Below, piece after piece: positions 59,091 to 64,000 of a stretch of DNA of 64,000 bases. The translations under genes and the position numbers were made by a program. The DNA is from Anaerolineae bacterium (lineage in GTDB: Bacteria; Chloroflexota; Anaerolineae; Aggregatilineales; Phototrophicaceae): positions 44,906 to 108,905 of the forward strand of contig JADLAY010000017.1 in assembly GCA_020849765.1 (NCBI GenBank), written 5' to 3'. Under the pieces are notes generated by a model. It was given only the letters and a program-made list of their open reading frames with translations, was not told where the DNA came from and ran no database searches. The first letter of the stretch is position 1. Each line of letters starts with the position of its first letter.

Positions 59091-59441
59091 AGATTCAGGC
59101 GTGAGGCAGGATACTGGCAGATACTGCCACGCACTGCGCTCCTTTCGTCATGTCACCGTCTTGAGTGTGGGTCTCGTGCAAAAATGGACACGGGCGCTAC
59201 CCTCGAAAATAGAGTGCGCCGGTGCATGATAACCGGGAAAAATGATACATGTCCATGTACGCATTTTATCATAAAAACGCCGATTTTTGAAGCGAACATT
59301 TGTGCGTACCACAACAATTACACTTGGCACGGATAAGAGAAAAGCATACGCTTATTTGATGAGCAAATGATGTGTGAGCTGTGCTCGCTACTGCTGAACG
59401 CTGCCGCTCAGGCTGCGCATCCGATGATCGTGAGGAGAACG

Positions 59442-60602
59442 ATGAAAGATCGGGGTTTCTCGTGGAGCAAATGCACAGGCATTGCACTGGCAATCCTGCT
59501 GCTGGTGCCTGCCCTCGCCGCCGCGCAAGAGGATCTGCCCGCACCGCAGTTTCTCTTCCGCCAGGATGACCGGCTCGTCCTGCTGGATGGCTACACGGGC
59601 GAAACATCCGAGCTGCCTTTCGCCGTCACAGCACTGGATCAATTCGCATGGTCGCCTGACGGACGCTACCTGCTCGCCCTGTTGAGGGAAGAAGACGGGC
59701 GCAGCTCGTGTCTCAATCTGTACGACGTGGATGCGCTGGCGTGGATTGACGATCAGCCGGTATCTTGTGGCTTAGGTCAGGCTCTTTTCACATCCGATAG
59801 CACCCGCATCTTCTACGCGACCAACGATGAGATCAACGGGACACTGTGGGAGTACGATCTGGCCGATGCCGCCAGCCAGGAACTCTATCAGACGACGTCA
59901 GGGACTGACCTCAATCCGTCATGGATCAATCACCTTGAGTGGTCGCCTACAGAGTTCTATCTGACGTTTCTCAATAATCACCAGATCATGGGTGGAACGC
60001 TCAACTCCCTGGTCGTGATGAATGCCCGCCATCACACCTATATTTCGTTGAGTGCGCCGGATACCTATTATGCCAGCTACTATCCCACATGGTCGGCGGA
60101 TGACGCGTGGTTCCTCGTGAAGCTCAAGGATGAGCATGTGACAAATGGGGTCATGCCGGTCACCAACCACGAGGGGGATGTGTACGTCGTCAACACGGAG
60201 AGCGGTGATTCCGTTCGCCTCACCTACACGCCAGGTGTCTCCGAACGGAATGTGCATTGGACGGACGACGGCGGCATCGCCTATTCCGTCTTTACTGAGC
60301 AAAAGACCACGCTCACCCTCGAGGAAGCGCTCGACGTCCCGGAGGTGCCCGCCAGCGAAATCGTGACCCCGGAACCGATTGATCCACAAGAGTATTTCCG
60401 CCCGACAGATACGTCAGATAATGGGTTGAGATCGCCCGATCCAAATATCACGACCTGGGTTACCTCCGATGGACATGGCCAAACACTGCTAAGTATCGGC
60501 GGTTACAGTGCGGATTTCAGCATCCCGATTGCCGATCCCACCATGGATTCGTCAATCCTGATTGGCTGGCGACCGACCGACGTGTCCTATCCGCTGGGGT
60601 AA
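59442..60602 (+). CDS. secreted beta-propeller (PD40/TolB-like) repeat protein
   Basis: Start MKDRGFSW after GAGGAG. Signal peptide. Repeated WSPDG/WSAD motifs. Confidence 0.6.
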   Translation: MKDRGFSWSKCTGIALAILLLVPALAAAQEDLPAPQFLFRQDDRLVLLDGYTGETSELPFAVTALDQFAWSPDGRYLLALLREEDGRSSCLNLYDVDALAWIDDQPVSCGLGQALFTSDSTRIFYATNDEINGTLWEYDLADAASQELYQTTSGTDLNPSWINHLEWSPTEFYLTFLNNHQIMGGTLNSLVVMNARHHTYISLSAPDTYYASYYPTWSADDAWFLVKLKDEHVTNGVMPVTNHEGDVYVVNTESGDSVRLTYTPGVSERNVHWTDDGGIAYSVFTEQKTTLTLEEALDVPEVPASEIVTPEPIDPQEYFRPTDTSDNGLRSPDPNITTWVTSDGHGQTLLSIGGYSADFSIPIADPTMDSSILIGWRPTDVSYPLG

Positions 60603-60760
60603 TCGCCGCATCCATCATCGAACGCCACAAACAAACCGAGGGCTGGCACTGCCAACCCCCGGTCTTGCTTGTTCTTCGATTTGCAGCCAGAAGCTAAAAA
60701 CTACCCGCCGAAAGCGCTCCCCCTCCGGCTAACAGCTAAAAGCTAACCACGAACGGCTAT

Positions 60761-63532
<2,772 letters not shown>

Positions 63533-63720
63533 AATGCCTCGGTTCTCACCAATCAACGTGAGCTACTAGCTTGACAAGCAGTTTCGCATTATAGCATAGC
63601 AGTATTGGCGATCTGTTAGAGAAGCAATGATGCTGTGTGTCGAAGCTGTGACACGTTTTTATGCATCCGCGGGGCGGCATAACGTGTTATTGTTGTGGCA
63701 TATCTCAGGGGGAAACCACC

Positions 63721-64000
63721 ATGTTCAACAAGCTGCAGAATAGTTGGGAACTCGCCAAGGCGAGCTGGGCCGTGCTTCAGTCGGATAAGGAGCTGCTGAT
63801 CTTCCCGGTCATCTCTGCCATCGGCTCGATCATCGTTTCGATCCTGTTCGCCATCCCGTTCTTTACCGTCGGGCTGGTCGAAAGCGCGCGCGGCAACGAT
63901 CCGGGTGTGTCGCCGCTCGGCTACGTCATCGGTTTTCTTTTCTACGTCGTCCTTTATACCGTCATCTTCTTCTGCAATACGGCCCTGGTCGGCGCGGCGC
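63721..64000 (+). CDS. hypothetical membrane protein, N-terminal portion (runs off window end)
   Basis: ATG after GGGGGA RBS. Two TM helices. No stop before base 64000. Confidence 0.4.
   Translation, partial: MFNKLQNSWELAKASWAVLQSDKELLIFPVISAIGSIIVSILFAIPFFTVGLVESARGNDPGVSPLGYVIGFLFYVVLYTVIFFCNTALVGAA

Overview
High-GC (roughly 65% by eye) bacterial chromosomal segment, densely coding on both strands. Gene content and the repeat elements are compatible with a Chloroflexota-like organism; this is inference only and taxonomy cannot be confirmed from the sequence. Housekeeping backbone: gyrA, secA, gltX, thrC, greA, L-serine dehydratase, cyclophilin, AlaX-type editing protein, tRNA-Gln(CUG). 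Envelope and glycosylation genes: GT4, GT39/GT-C, MOP flippase, GT2 polyprenyl-phosphate glycosyltransferase, GH5. Transport and regulation: MFS, MMPL with TetR, orphan ABC substrate-binding protein, MerR with a GyrI-like partner, a LuxR-type response regulator, a PAS histidine kinase, an HTH-NB-ARC-TPR (STAND) regulator, flotillin. Between these lie several short islands that look lower in GC and carry unusual content. (1) A tight two-gene module, a TIR-only protein plus a 4-TM membrane protein (54638-56118), resembling a Thoeris-like defence pair with no described effector type. (2) A hypothetical 345-aa protein followed after 15 bp by a 913-aa FtsK/HerA-superfamily P-loop ATPase (18330-22124). 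(3) A receptor-like TIR-TM-FGE-sulfatase-domain fusion (37120-38775) whose stop overlaps the start of a REP-associated tyrosine transposase (RAYT). (4) A MerB-family organomercurial-lyase-like gene (23360-24061) with two in-frame TGA codons exactly at the two catalytic-cysteine positions, each followed about 13 nt downstream by a small hairpin. This is a candidate selenocysteine-containing MerB. The gene is flanked by 92-bp direct repeats that duplicate the 3' end of the neighbouring DedA-family gene. Two families of small palindromic elements recur: a ~100-120 bp MITE-like element (three copies, one in-frame inside the GT39 gene) and a 28-bp REP-like palindrome (two copies, both inside ORFs including the RAYT gene). 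A B12-radical-SAM plus SAM-methyltransferase operon and a secreted protein with ~120-bp tandem coding repeats are also present. No CRISPR array and no rRNA were seen. Many long antisense ORFs in the six-frame track are treated as GC-driven artefacts.
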